A stretch of DNA of 64,000 nucleotides. Source: Alphaproteobacteria bacterium (GTDB lineage: Bacteria > Pseudomonadota > Alphaproteobacteria > UBA2136 > UBA6156). Below are positions 56,503 to 64,000 of this stretch, one piece after another (within the stretch, counting starts at the first letter, position 1; each line of letters starts with the position of its first letter). Made by a program: the position numbers and the translations under genes. The notes beneath the pieces were generated by a model. That model was not told the DNA's origin, did not search any database, and saw only the letters and a list, made by a program, of their open reading frames with translations. The stretch covers positions 69,902-133,901 of the forward strand of contig JAIXQG010000001.1 in the NCBI GenBank assembly GCA_027485835.1, read 5' to 3'.

Positions 56503-57159
56503 CTAAAACCTTGGTTTCTGGGGGTGGCGTGAGAGCCTGCCCATAACATGGTTGTAGATGGTGTTTTGCGCTTCGGCATGGCCGACCGAGAACGCTTTGC
56601 AAAATGCTCGGATAACTTGCTTTTGGTGTTCTGGCGAGGCCCGCAAAAATCTCGGCTTCTTGAGGGCCGGGATTGCAAGTATCTGATCCACAACCTGATC
56701 AATTTTTCGCGAAGGAGTGAAGAAAGTGACGTCCCTCGTGTGTCGTGAGTGCTGGTTATACCTTTCGGTTAGTAGAATCGATTCGATCTGAGCCTTGTAG
56801 ACGGTCGCGCGTTCGGCCAGAACCTTTACCTGTGTGAGCAGGCGCTGGGTTTCGGCTAGAGTGACGTTGTAGCGTGAGCGCAGGAACGAAAGTTCGCGCT
56901 CGTGCATTTTGCGCGTGTAGTAATCGGATTCATCGCAGGCGACGCATTGCATTTCTTCGATCGATGTCAGAAGAGTTTCGATCTTCTTTATGTTTGACCG
57001 AATGGATTGCGCATCTTCGATTGCCGAAGGGATGGCCAGAATGGCTGCTGCGTAGACCCATGGTGTGGACCACCATGCGATTAGAACAGAGATAAGCACG
57101 ATGTAGAGAGTGATGCGAAAGGCCATGCGAATGGCCAAAGTGGCGTAGAAGTTCCTCAT
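56503..57159 (-). CDS. 2-TM membrane protein with a coiled-coil cytoplasmic region, function unknown
   Basis: Two N-terminal TM helices; an AT-richer gene placed antisense between dusB and the fis-like gene. Confidence 0.5.
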   Translation of the reverse strand: MRNFYATLAIRMAFRITLYIVLISVLIAWWSTPWVYAAAILAIPSAIEDAQSIRSNIKKIETLLTSIEEMQCVACDESDYYTRKMHERELSFLRSRYNVTLAETQRLLTQVKVLAERATVYKAQIESILLTERYNQHSRHTRDVTFFTPSRKIDQVVDQILAIPALKKPRFLRASPEHQKQVIRAFCKAFSVGHAEAQNTIYNHVMGRLSRHPQKPRF

Positions 57160-57556
57160 GAGCGTTGACCTTTCTGGAGTGAACGCAAAGCTGAAATAGG
57201 AGATGATTGAAACTAGATGTAGGTGTTTGTGGGGAGGTTATCAAGAGGAAGACTGGTGAATCGTATTTGGGCATCTGTTTTTAGATGGGGAAGGTGGGTG
57301 TAAGAATGCTGTTTGAGTGAAAATTTTGGGCAGGGACGTGGTGTGGGGGACGCTATGGGTTGGGGGTAAGTCGGTAAGTGATTGGTAAGATGTATGTGTA
57401 AAATGTAGCGAAGCGGCAACAGGGGGTGGGGATAAGTTTTTACGATTCTTGCTTGTTGTATACCCAGTGATGGTGGTATAAGCAGTTTAGTTGAGGGAAA
57501 AGAACACAAGATGTAGTGGCCCCACCCTTAGCTGCTAGGTTCCATGAAACAGAAAG

Positions 57557-57955
57557 ATGTCTTCGATGACCGCGTCCTCCCTGCCACAACAAAACGCCCT
57601 TCAAGCCGTGCAAGCAACCCAAGCCTTTGGTACCCAAGCCTTTGGTTCGCCCCGCCAGCTGAGCCCGCTGTACCGTCAGCGTGCTGAAGCCTTCAACGAA
57701 AGCCTGCCGGCTACCGTTGATGCCTGCCTGAAGACCTACTTTAAAGACCTGAACGGCATGAGCCCTGCTGCCGGCATGTATGTTAAGGTTATCTCCCAAG
57801 TTGAAAAGCCGCTGATTGAGCACGTACTCCGCTACGTTCGCATCAACCAAGTGCGCGCTGCCAGCATTCTGGGTATTAACCGCAACACGCTGCGCAAGAA
57901 GATCCAGGCTCTCAACATCGATTTGGATAAATTGATGAGCGACGTAGGCCACTAA
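57557..57955 (+). CDS. Fis-family DNA-binding protein
   Basis: The C-terminus 'INQVRAASILGINRNTLRKKIQ' closely matches the Fis HTH '[21 protein letters not shown]'; 'LKTYFKDLNG' matches Fis 'LKNYFAQLNG'. Confidence 0.75.
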   Translation: MSSMTASSLPQQNALQAVQATQAFGTQAFGSPRQLSPLYRQRAEAFNESLPATVDACLKTYFKDLNGMSPAAGMYVKVISQVEKPLIEHVLRYVRINQVRAASILGINRNTLRKKIQALNIDLDKLMSDVGH

Positions 57956-58078
57956 GCCTAGCTGCTTTAAAGGCGCCCTAAGGGGCGCTTTTTGTTTGTG
58001 TGATATTTGGGCGGGCGTTTGGGGGCGGAGTTTACTGGTGGGCTGGCTTTTTTTGGAGTTTCTGGCACATTGGCGGGT

Positions 58079-60514
58079 ATGACTGAACGCAAGACCACCA
58101 AGGCCAAAGACCGCAAACCTGTTAAGACTGCCAAGAAGGCTGCGCCTGTGGTTGCGCCGAAAGCGGATGCTATTGTGGTGGAGGCCAAGGCTGAACCGGT
58201 GCGTGAGGTAGTGAAACCGCAGGTTAAGAACGAGCGCGCGCAGGCTGAAGCTTTGTATGAACCGTTGGGCCATGATGACACCATTGCGGCTGTGTGGCCG
58301 GTGGTAGGTGACCGTCGTAAACCGCGCCGTGGGCACCACCCGATGTTCCGCTATTTGCGCTACGGTTTTGTGAGTTTGATTGTGCTGCTGGTGGTGGCGC
58401 TGTTCGGAATTCTGTTATTAGCGAATAGCTGGCCGGGGTTGAGCGGGCCGGCGTATCTGGCGCTTATTAACATTAATATTGTGGGGTTGGTGCTGCTGCT
58501 GCTGTACGTTGTGCGGCGGGTAGTGGTGATGATGCTCGACCGGCGTGGGCGTTTGCGTGGCAGCCGCTTGCACTGGCGCGTGTTGGGCATGTTTGTGTTT
58601 CTGGCCGTGTTGCCTGCCGTGGGCATTGGAGGCACCGCGATTTACCTACTGAACCAAGGCATTGAAAGCTGGTTTGCGACCAAGGTGAGCGTGGCCTTGG
58701 AAGGTGGGCGCCAAGTAGCTGAAGGTTACTTGAAAGAGAGTGGCCGGAGTTTGCAGGCCGATACCGTTGCGATGAGCCGCGACCCGTTGTGGCAGATGCC
58801 TGCGCTGCTATTAAGCCAAGAGACGATGGGGGGCTGGTTGCGTCAGCAAATGAACCTGAAGCAACTGGAAGAGCTGGCCGTGGTGGACAGCGAAGGTCAG
58901 GTGATGGTGAGTGGCAGCGGGTTGAAGTTTTTGATTCTGCCGGGTGAGGTGATTCAGTATTTGCAGAATGCGGAATTCCAACGCGTGAATGGCGGTAGCG
59001 TGTGGCCGGAGGTATTCCGGCAGGCTGATGGGCGCCGTGTGCTGGCGGTTGTGCCGTTGAAGGCGGGTTTGTGGTTGGTTTCGCAAAAGAGCTTGAACAA
59101 CGAAATGCTGGCGCGGATTGAAGAGACCGCGATGGCCTACCATGACTACGCCAACATGATGCAGGAGCGTGAGAAAATCCGGCACGTGGTGACGATGTTC
59201 ATGCTGGTATTGCTAGGTAGTACCGTGACGGCGGCGGTGTGGGCGGGGATACGTTTAGCGAACAAGATTGTAAAGCCCGTGACCGAGCTGGTGCATGGGA
59301 CCAACCGCGTGAGTGCGGGGGATTTGAGCGTGCGCTTGGAACCGCGTGATGATGGTGAATTGGGGGTGCTAACGCAGGCGTTCAACCGGATGACCGTACA
59401 GTTGGCCAGTAACCGCGATTTGCTGGAGCGCAAGAATAACGAGCTGGATGAGCGTCGGCGCTTTACCGAAGCGGTTTTGACCGGAGTGAGCGCCGGTGTG
59501 GTGGCCGTGGATGACGAAGGTATTGTGCGCGTAGCCAACCAGAGTGCTATTGCGATGTTGAAGCTGACGCTGGGTGTGAAGCTTTCTAAAGCCGCGCCGG
59601 AGTTGGGTGACCTTGTGCAGGATGTGATACGTGGCAACGTGATTGGCCGTGGGGTTGTGCAGCACGAAATGAAGGTGACGGTGGAGGAGGGGGATACACG
59701 TACTCTGCTGGTGCGCCTTGTGCCGCAGGCGGCGACGACATCTGGTGGGTTGCGCGGTGTGGTGCTGACCTTTGACGATATTACGCCGCTGATTGGGGCG
59801 CAGCGTTTGGCTGCGTGGCAGGATGTGGCGCGCCGCCTTGCGCATGAAATTAAGAACCCGCTGACGCCGATCCAGTTAAGTGCCGAGCGATTGAAGCGCC
59901 GTTACGGCAAGCAGATTACGCAGGACACCGAACTGTTTATGCAGTTGTGCGACACGATTGTTCAGCAGAGTGAAGAAATGCGCCGAATGACGAACGAGTT
60001 TAGCGACTTTGCGCGGATGCCGCAGGCGCAGATGGCCGATGAGAACATGGTGGAGCTGGTGGACGGTGTAGTGGTGCTGCAGCGGGCGCGTGGTGGCGTG
60101 GAATTTGTGACAGATTATGAAGTTGCCGTGGCGACCGTGAAAGCCGACAAAGGCCAAGTAACACGCGTGTTTACCAACCTTTTGGAGAATGCGTACAATG
60201 CCATTGCTGAAAGGGAAGGCACAAATCTGCCACAGGGACGGGTTGAAATTGTTGCGAGGGAGCAACAAGCTGGTATGCTAACAGTCGAAATACGTGACAA
60301 CGGCCGGGGCCTTCCCGAGAACGTCGAGGTTGAGAGTTTATTCGACCCCTACGTGACGACTCGAAAAGGCGGAACCGGGCTGGGTTTAGCCATCGTTAAA
60401 CGCGTGATGGATGAACACGGCGGGACAGTGCGGTTGCTGCGACGGAAGACAGGGGGAACCACAGTTGAACTGGGATTCCCGCTCGCCGAACCAGCGATTG
60501 CCGCCATGCCCTAA
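58079..60514 (+). CDS. ntrY: sensor histidine kinase NtrY (2TM-HAMP-PAS-HisKA-HATPase)
   Basis: HEIKNPLTPIQLSAERL H-box, and the G1/G2 ATPase boxes; the start is uncertain: ATG 58079 would give a Lys/Ala-rich N-terminal extension, with ATG 58343 (MFRYLRYG, just before TM1) the alternative. Confidence 0.85.
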   Translation: MTERKTTKAKDRKPVKTAKKAAPVVAPKADAIVVEAKAEPVREVVKPQVKNERAQAEALYEPLGHDDTIAAVWPVVGDRRKPRRGHHPMFRYLRYGFVSLIVLLVVALFGILLLANSWPGLSGPAYLALININIVGLVLLLLYVVRRVVVMMLDRRGRLRGSRLHWRVLGMFVFLAVLPAVGIGGTAIYLLNQGIESWFATKVSVALEGGRQVAEGYLKESGRSLQADTVAMSRDPLWQMPALLLSQETMGGWLRQQMNLKQLEELAVVDSEGQVMVSGSGLKFLILPGEVIQYLQNAEFQRVNGGSVWPEVFRQADGRRVLAVVPLKAGLWLVSQKSLNNEMLARIEETAMAYHDYANMMQEREKIRHVVTMFMLVLLGSTVTAAVWAGIRLANKIVKPVTELVHGTNRVSAGDLSVRLEPRDDGELGVLTQAFNRMTVQLASNRDLLERKNNELDERRRFTEAVLTGVSAGVVAVDDEGIVRVANQSAIAMLKLTLGVKLSKAAPELGDLVQDVIRGNVIGRGVVQHEMKVTVEEGDTRTLLVRLVPQAATTSGGLRGVVLTFDDITPLIGAQRLAAWQDVARRLAHEIKNPLTPIQLSAERLKRRYGKQITQDTELFMQLCDTIVQQSEEMRRMTNEFSDFARMPQAQMADENMVELVDGVVVLQRARGGVEFVTDYEVAVATVKADKGQVTRVFTNLLENAYNAIAEREGTNLPQGRVEIVAREQQAGMLTVEIRDNGRGLPENVEVESLFDPYVTTRKGGTGLGLAIVKRVMDEHGGTVRLLRRKTGGTTVELGFPLAEPAIAAMP

Positions 60515-60549
60515 GTTGAAGCGGGTCAAGAACAAGGAGATTTGGACCC

Positions 60550-61914
60550 ATGAGCCAACCGCAAACCGCAGGAAGCCCGGCGAGCACGACTTACGAGCTG
60601 CTTATTGTCGACGACGAGGCTGAAGTCCGCACCGCACTCGCTGGCATTTTAGAAGACGACGGTTATAACATCCGCTTTGCGGAAAACGGCGAGCAAGCCC
60701 TGCAAGCTGTGACCGACCGCGTGCCGCACTTGGTGCTGCTGGACATCTGGATGGAAGGTATGGACGGCCTTGAAGTGCTGAGCCGCCTGAAGCGCCGCGT
60801 GCCCGACCTGCCCGTGATTATGATTAGCGGCCACGGTACGATTGAGACCGCCGTGCAAGCCACCCAAAAAGGTGCTTACGACTTTATTGAAAAGCCGCCG
60901 AGTGTAGAGCGTTTGCTGCTGACCGTTGGCCGTGCGATACGCGAAGCCCAACTGCGTAAGGAAAACTACCTGCTGCGCGCCAAGAGTGGTGACGTGCAGG
61001 AGTTGCTGGGGGTTTCGTCGGAAATTGCGACCGTACGCCAGACCGTGAAGCAGGTAAGCCCCGGCGAAAGCCGCGTGATGATTACCGGCGAAAGCGGTAC
61101 GGGTAAGGAAATTGTGGCCCGCTTGGTGCACAAGGGTAGCCGCCGTACCGATAAGGCGTTTGTACTGCTGGCACCGGGTGCTGTGAGTGAGGGGACGTTT
61201 GAGACCGCGCTTTCGACCATCGTTGGCCAAGGCCGTGGCGGTACGTTGTTTCTGGACGAAGTGAGCGACCTCTCGGCCGGAATGCAGGCGCGTTTGCTGA
61301 AGTTCTTGCAGGATGGCCTGCTGCCCGATACCAACACCGGTTTGCCGGTTGAGGCCGATGTGCGCGTGATTTCCTCTACCAACAAGGACCTCAAGCAGCT
61401 GGTGGATGCTGGTAAGTTCCGTGCCGACCTGTTTTACCGCTTGAGTGTGGTGCCTATCATGATGCCGGCGCTGCGCACCCGCAGTGTGGATATTCCGACG
61501 CTGGTACAGCACTTTTTGAAGGTGCTCAGCCCCGATGCCCAAGCCATGCCGAAGATTGCACCCGCCACTATGGCCGTGCTGACTAGCTACGAATGGCCGG
61601 GGAATATTCGTCAGTTGAAAAACGTGTGCGAATGGCTGGTGATTATGCACTCTGGCAAGTTGGTGAACCCCGACATGCTGCCGCCGGAACTGACCAAGGG
61701 TGATGCCGTTGCCGGTAACCTGATGGAAAGCGCCGTGAGCATGCCGCTGCGCCAAGCCCGCGAGCTGTTTGAAAAGAACTACCTGACCAGCCAATTGATG
61801 CGCTTTGGCGGGAATGTGAGCCGGACGGCTGACTTTGTGGGGATGGAGCGTTCTGCGCTGCACCGCAAGCTTAAATCGCTCGGTGTTGACGCGCGCATCG
61901 AGGGCCCATTCTAA
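60550..61914 (+). CDS. ntrX: sigma-54-dependent response regulator NtrX
   Basis: Receiver (LLIVDDE...D), AAA+ sigma-54 interaction domain (GESGTGKE, the arginine-finger region), and a C-terminal Fis-type HTH. Confidence 0.9.
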   Translation: MSQPQTAGSPASTTYELLIVDDEAEVRTALAGILEDDGYNIRFAENGEQALQAVTDRVPHLVLLDIWMEGMDGLEVLSRLKRRVPDLPVIMISGHGTIETAVQATQKGAYDFIEKPPSVERLLLTVGRAIREAQLRKENYLLRAKSGDVQELLGVSSEIATVRQTVKQVSPGESRVMITGESGTGKEIVARLVHKGSRRTDKAFVLLAPGAVSEGTFETALSTIVGQGRGGTLFLDEVSDLSAGMQARLLKFLQDGLLPDTNTGLPVEADVRVISSTNKDLKQLVDAGKFRADLFYRLSVVPIMMPALRTRSVDIPTLVQHFLKVLSPDAQAMPKIAPATMAVLTSYEWPGNIRQLKNVCEWLVIMHSGKLVNPDMLPPELTKGDAVAGNLMESAVSMPLRQARELFEKNYLTSQLMRFGGNVSRTADFVGMERSALHRKLKSLGVDARIEGPF

Positions 61915-61934
61915 GGATTATATGATTCTTGGAG

Positions 61935-61965
61935 GAAGGAAGGGGCTCGCTTTGGCGGGCCTCTG
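61935..61965 (+). terminator. ntrX terminator
   Basis: ggggctcgc-tttg-gcgggcctc (with wobble pairs) followed by tgttttt. Confidence 0.55.
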
Positions 61966-61984
61966 TTTTTGAAGAAAGGGTGAG

Positions 61985-62536
61985 ATGATGGTACGGACGG
62001 TGAGTTTTGATGGGGCGGGGGTTCAGGTTTTAACGCTGGTGTATGCGCGGGATGCGCAGGGTCGGATTTTGAAGCTGGAGCGCGCGCCGACGAAGAAGTT
62101 TCTGCCCGGTTGGTTTGTGGGTTTGGGTGGCAAGGTGGAAGCCGGCGAAAACGTATTTGCTGCAGCCGAGCGTGAGTTTGCCGAAGAGACGGGAATGACC
62201 GTGTGTAACTTAAGTTTGCGGGGCACCTACACGTTTATGACCGAAACGCCGAGCAACCGCTGCGGGGTGATTTACCTATTTGAGAGTTTTGATGTGGACG
62301 GTGAGTTTAAGGCCGATGTGGCCGATGGCACGCTGCATTGGTTGACGCTGGACGAGATTTTGGCCAACGACAAAGTGATGCCGGACCATAAGGTGTGGTT
62401 GAAGCATATCTTTACGACGCAAGACCATTTTGCGTGCGTTGGGAGCTGGAAGCCGCCGGTGAATGGGACTTTGAATGTGGGGGAAGAGTGGGCGGATAGC
62501 CGGGCTTATTTTGAGATGTTGGCGAGGGCGGCTTAA
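61985..62536 (+). CDS. NUDIX hydrolase
   Basis: Canonical Nudix box GLGGKVEAGENVFAAAEREFAEETGM. Confidence 0.85.
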   Translation: MMVRTVSFDGAGVQVLTLVYARDAQGRILKLERAPTKKFLPGWFVGLGGKVEAGENVFAAAEREFAEETGMTVCNLSLRGTYTFMTETPSNRCGVIYLFESFDVDGEFKADVADGTLHWLTLDEILANDKVMPDHKVWLKHIFTTQDHFACVGSWKPPVNGTLNVGEEWADSRAYFEMLARAA

Positions 62537-62552
62537 TGCTTTGCATATGCAA

Positions 62553-62578
62553 AAGCCCCCAAGTGGGGGCTTTTTAGT
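62553..62578. terminator. bidirectional terminator
   Basis: aaaagccccc-aagt-gggggctttt. Confidence 0.8.
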
Positions 62579-62586
62579 TGAGTGCT

Positions 62587-63387
62587 TTAGAGTACGTAGA
62601 TAAGGAGGAACAGGCCGATCCAGACCACGTCTACGAAGTGCCAGTACCAGGCGGCGGCTTCAAAGTAGAAGTGGTTGTGGCGGGTGAAGTCCTTCTTGTA
62701 CAGGCGCCAGCAGGCGAATGCCAGCATGATGGTGCCGAGGAAGACGTGGAAGCCGTGGAAACCTGTCAGCATATAGAAGACCGTGCCGTAGGCGCCGCTG
62801 CTAAGCGTGTAGGATGCGTGGTTGTACTCCAGCATCTGGCAGAACAGGAAGATGATACCCAGTTGGACCGTGAGGAAGGTGTACAGCGTAGCATCCGACC
62901 GGCGGTTGTGCAGCAAGGCGTGGTGGGCCATGGTGATGGTGACGCCCGAGGTGAGCAGCAGTAGTGTGTTGATGACCGGGAGGTGGATCGAGAGGAGCTC
63001 GATACCCACCGGTGGCCACACGGGAGCATGCATGCGCATATAGAAGTAGGCGGCGAAGAAGGCGGCGAAGAACATCACTTCCGATGCGATGAAGAAGATC
63101 ATGCCGTAGCGGTTGGCGAGGTCTAGCACCAGAGGTACTGCGCCTTTGCCGAAGCCGCGCTGGCGGGACTCCTTAATAAGCGAGAAGAACCATGCCATGG
63201 CGCCGGTAAGCAGCAGGCCCAGACCGAACAGGGTGGTAAGTTTGCCGTACAGCACCGGCTGCATGTGCAGCATCATGATAACGCCAAAGGCCATGATACC
63301 TGCGCCGACGCAGGAAATAGGCGGCCAGATGGAGGGCGGCGGAATGTGGAAATCGTGGTCGTGGGCGTGAGCGTGATCGTGGGCCAT
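62587..63387 (-). CDS. ctaE: cytochrome c oxidase subunit III
   Basis: MAHDHAHAHDHDF... and a 7-TM COX3 pattern (HGFHV...). Confidence 0.92.
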   Translation of the reverse strand: MAHDHAHAHDHDFHIPPPSIWPPISCVGAGIMAFGVIMMLHMQPVLYGKLTTLFGLGLLLTGAMAWFFSLIKESRQRGFGKGAVPLVLDLANRYGMIFFIASEVMFFAAFFAAYFYMRMHAPVWPPVGIELLSIHLPVINTLLLLTSGVTITMAHHALLHNRRSDATLYTFLTVQLGIIFLFCQMLEYNHASYTLSSGAYGTVFYMLTGFHGFHVFLGTIMLAFACWRLYKKDFTRHNHFYFEAAAWYWHFVDVVWIGLFLLIYVL

Positions 63388-63406
63388 GGGGGGTCTCTTT
63401 ATCTAA

Positions 63407-63754
63407 CTAAAACTTTTCAGCGGCTTTGTCTTGGACAAGGCTGGGGTCGTCGTATTCCGGCAGGCGGAGGCCTTTGTAGTCGTATTGGATGCGTTCACCG
63501 AATTCGCGGACGTAGTCGGTGCCGCGGGTGTGACCCCAGCCGCCGAGGTAGACGATAAGGATGAAGAAGTACACCAGCGCACCACCGATACCGATGGCCA
63601 GCATCTTCATGAAGATGTCGTAGGTTTGGGTGTAGTCGGCGTGAAGCTCTTTTTTGCTGTAGTGCAGCTTGGGTTGAGCCTCGGCTGCGTGGACAGCCGC
63701 GGCAGCCGCCGGTTTGGCAGCTGGCTTACTTTTGGATTTGGTAGGTTGCGCCAT
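63407..63754 (-). CDS. single-TM membrane protein with a Lys/Ala/Pro-rich N-terminal tail, upstream of ctaE
   Basis: MAQPTKSKSKPAAKPAAAAAVHAAEAQPKL..., then a TM (LAIGIGGALVYFFILIVYLGGW); the start is trimmed to an ATG carrying a GGAGG RBS. Confidence 0.5.
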   Translation of the reverse strand: MAQPTKSKSKPAAKPAAAAAVHAAEAQPKLHYSKKELHADYTQTYDIFMKMLAIGIGGALVYFFILIVYLGGWGHTRGTDYVREFGERIQYDYKGLRLPEYDDPSLVQDKAAEKF

Positions 63755-63917
63755 AGGAGCCTCCTTGGGGGATTGCAGGTTGATTGTGCGCATATCGCCA
63801 GATAAACACGCTGGCGGCAAGGCTTGCTGCAAACGCTGCAAGCACAAGGGCGAGGGCGATGTTGCGGCGGCGCATCTGCGGGCTATGGGTTTGGAGTGTG
63901 TTTTCGGCTTTGCTCAT
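63726..63917 (-). CDS. possible 63-aa single-TM protein; Cox11/CtaG-like N-terminus only
   Basis: MSKAENT...RRRNIALALVLAAFAASLAASVFIWRY; it overlaps the next ORF by 29 nt in another frame. Confidence 0.3.
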   Translation of the reverse strand: MSKAENTLQTHSPQMRRRNIALALVLAAFAASLAASVFIWRYAHNQPAIPQGGSYGATYQIQK

Positions 63918-64000
63918 GGCGGGAAATTAGCATGGGAAGTGACCACTGAACAGTAGACAACGACAGGAATTTACGGCCAAGGCCGGAGGTGTTGTTTGCC

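Noticed and set aside
58060-58082. TGGCAC motif upstream of ntrY as a sigma-54 promoter
   Set aside because: The TGGCAC is followed by attggcgggta, which lacks the -12 TTGCW element at the correct spacing.

Overview
The window is a GC-rich (~58%) chromosomal segment, probably alphaproteobacterial. EF-Tu carries the Rhizobium-like '[13 protein letters not shown]' signature, and the lptF-lptG-lptD-surA-rsmA and pepA-holC syntenies are conserved. Core content: an MCP and tuf with an upstream tRNA-Gly; an aldehyde dehydrogenase; tRNA-fMet, tRNA-Met and tRNA-Leu(GAG); a Ca/Na antiporter; a surface-polysaccharide gene cluster (CgeB-like glycosyltransferase, AsnB-like amidotransferase, UDP-glucuronate decarboxylase, GT4); cioAB/cydAB; mntP; uvrD; tyrS; a COG0523 GTPase + WD40 pair; an autotransporter; the LPS transport and outer-membrane cluster; pepA-(M42 peptidase)-holC; ppiD; secG-pyrG; lipB; rsmI; dusB; a Fis-like regulator; ntrY-ntrX; a NUDIX hydrolase; and a cytochrome oxidase subunit III. 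Between the core genes are several small accessory islets. The largest (46.3-50.3 kb) holds an orphan VirB11/TrbB-type ATPase, two tandem paralogous unknown proteins, a DUF1232 gene and two paralogous small secreted Cys-pair proteins. A second islet (52.1-54.7 kb) holds two mini-proteins that share a C-terminal motif, a nucleoside 2-deoxyribosyltransferase-like protein and two NUDIX-like genes. Lys/Ala/Pro-rich histone-H1-like tails recur on unrelated proteins. A 30-bp terminal-inverted-repeat mini-element and a repeated palindromic ~60-bp element are also present. No CRISPR array, rRNA, transposase or integrase was seen. All calls come from reading the sequence and recognising motifs; no searches were run.
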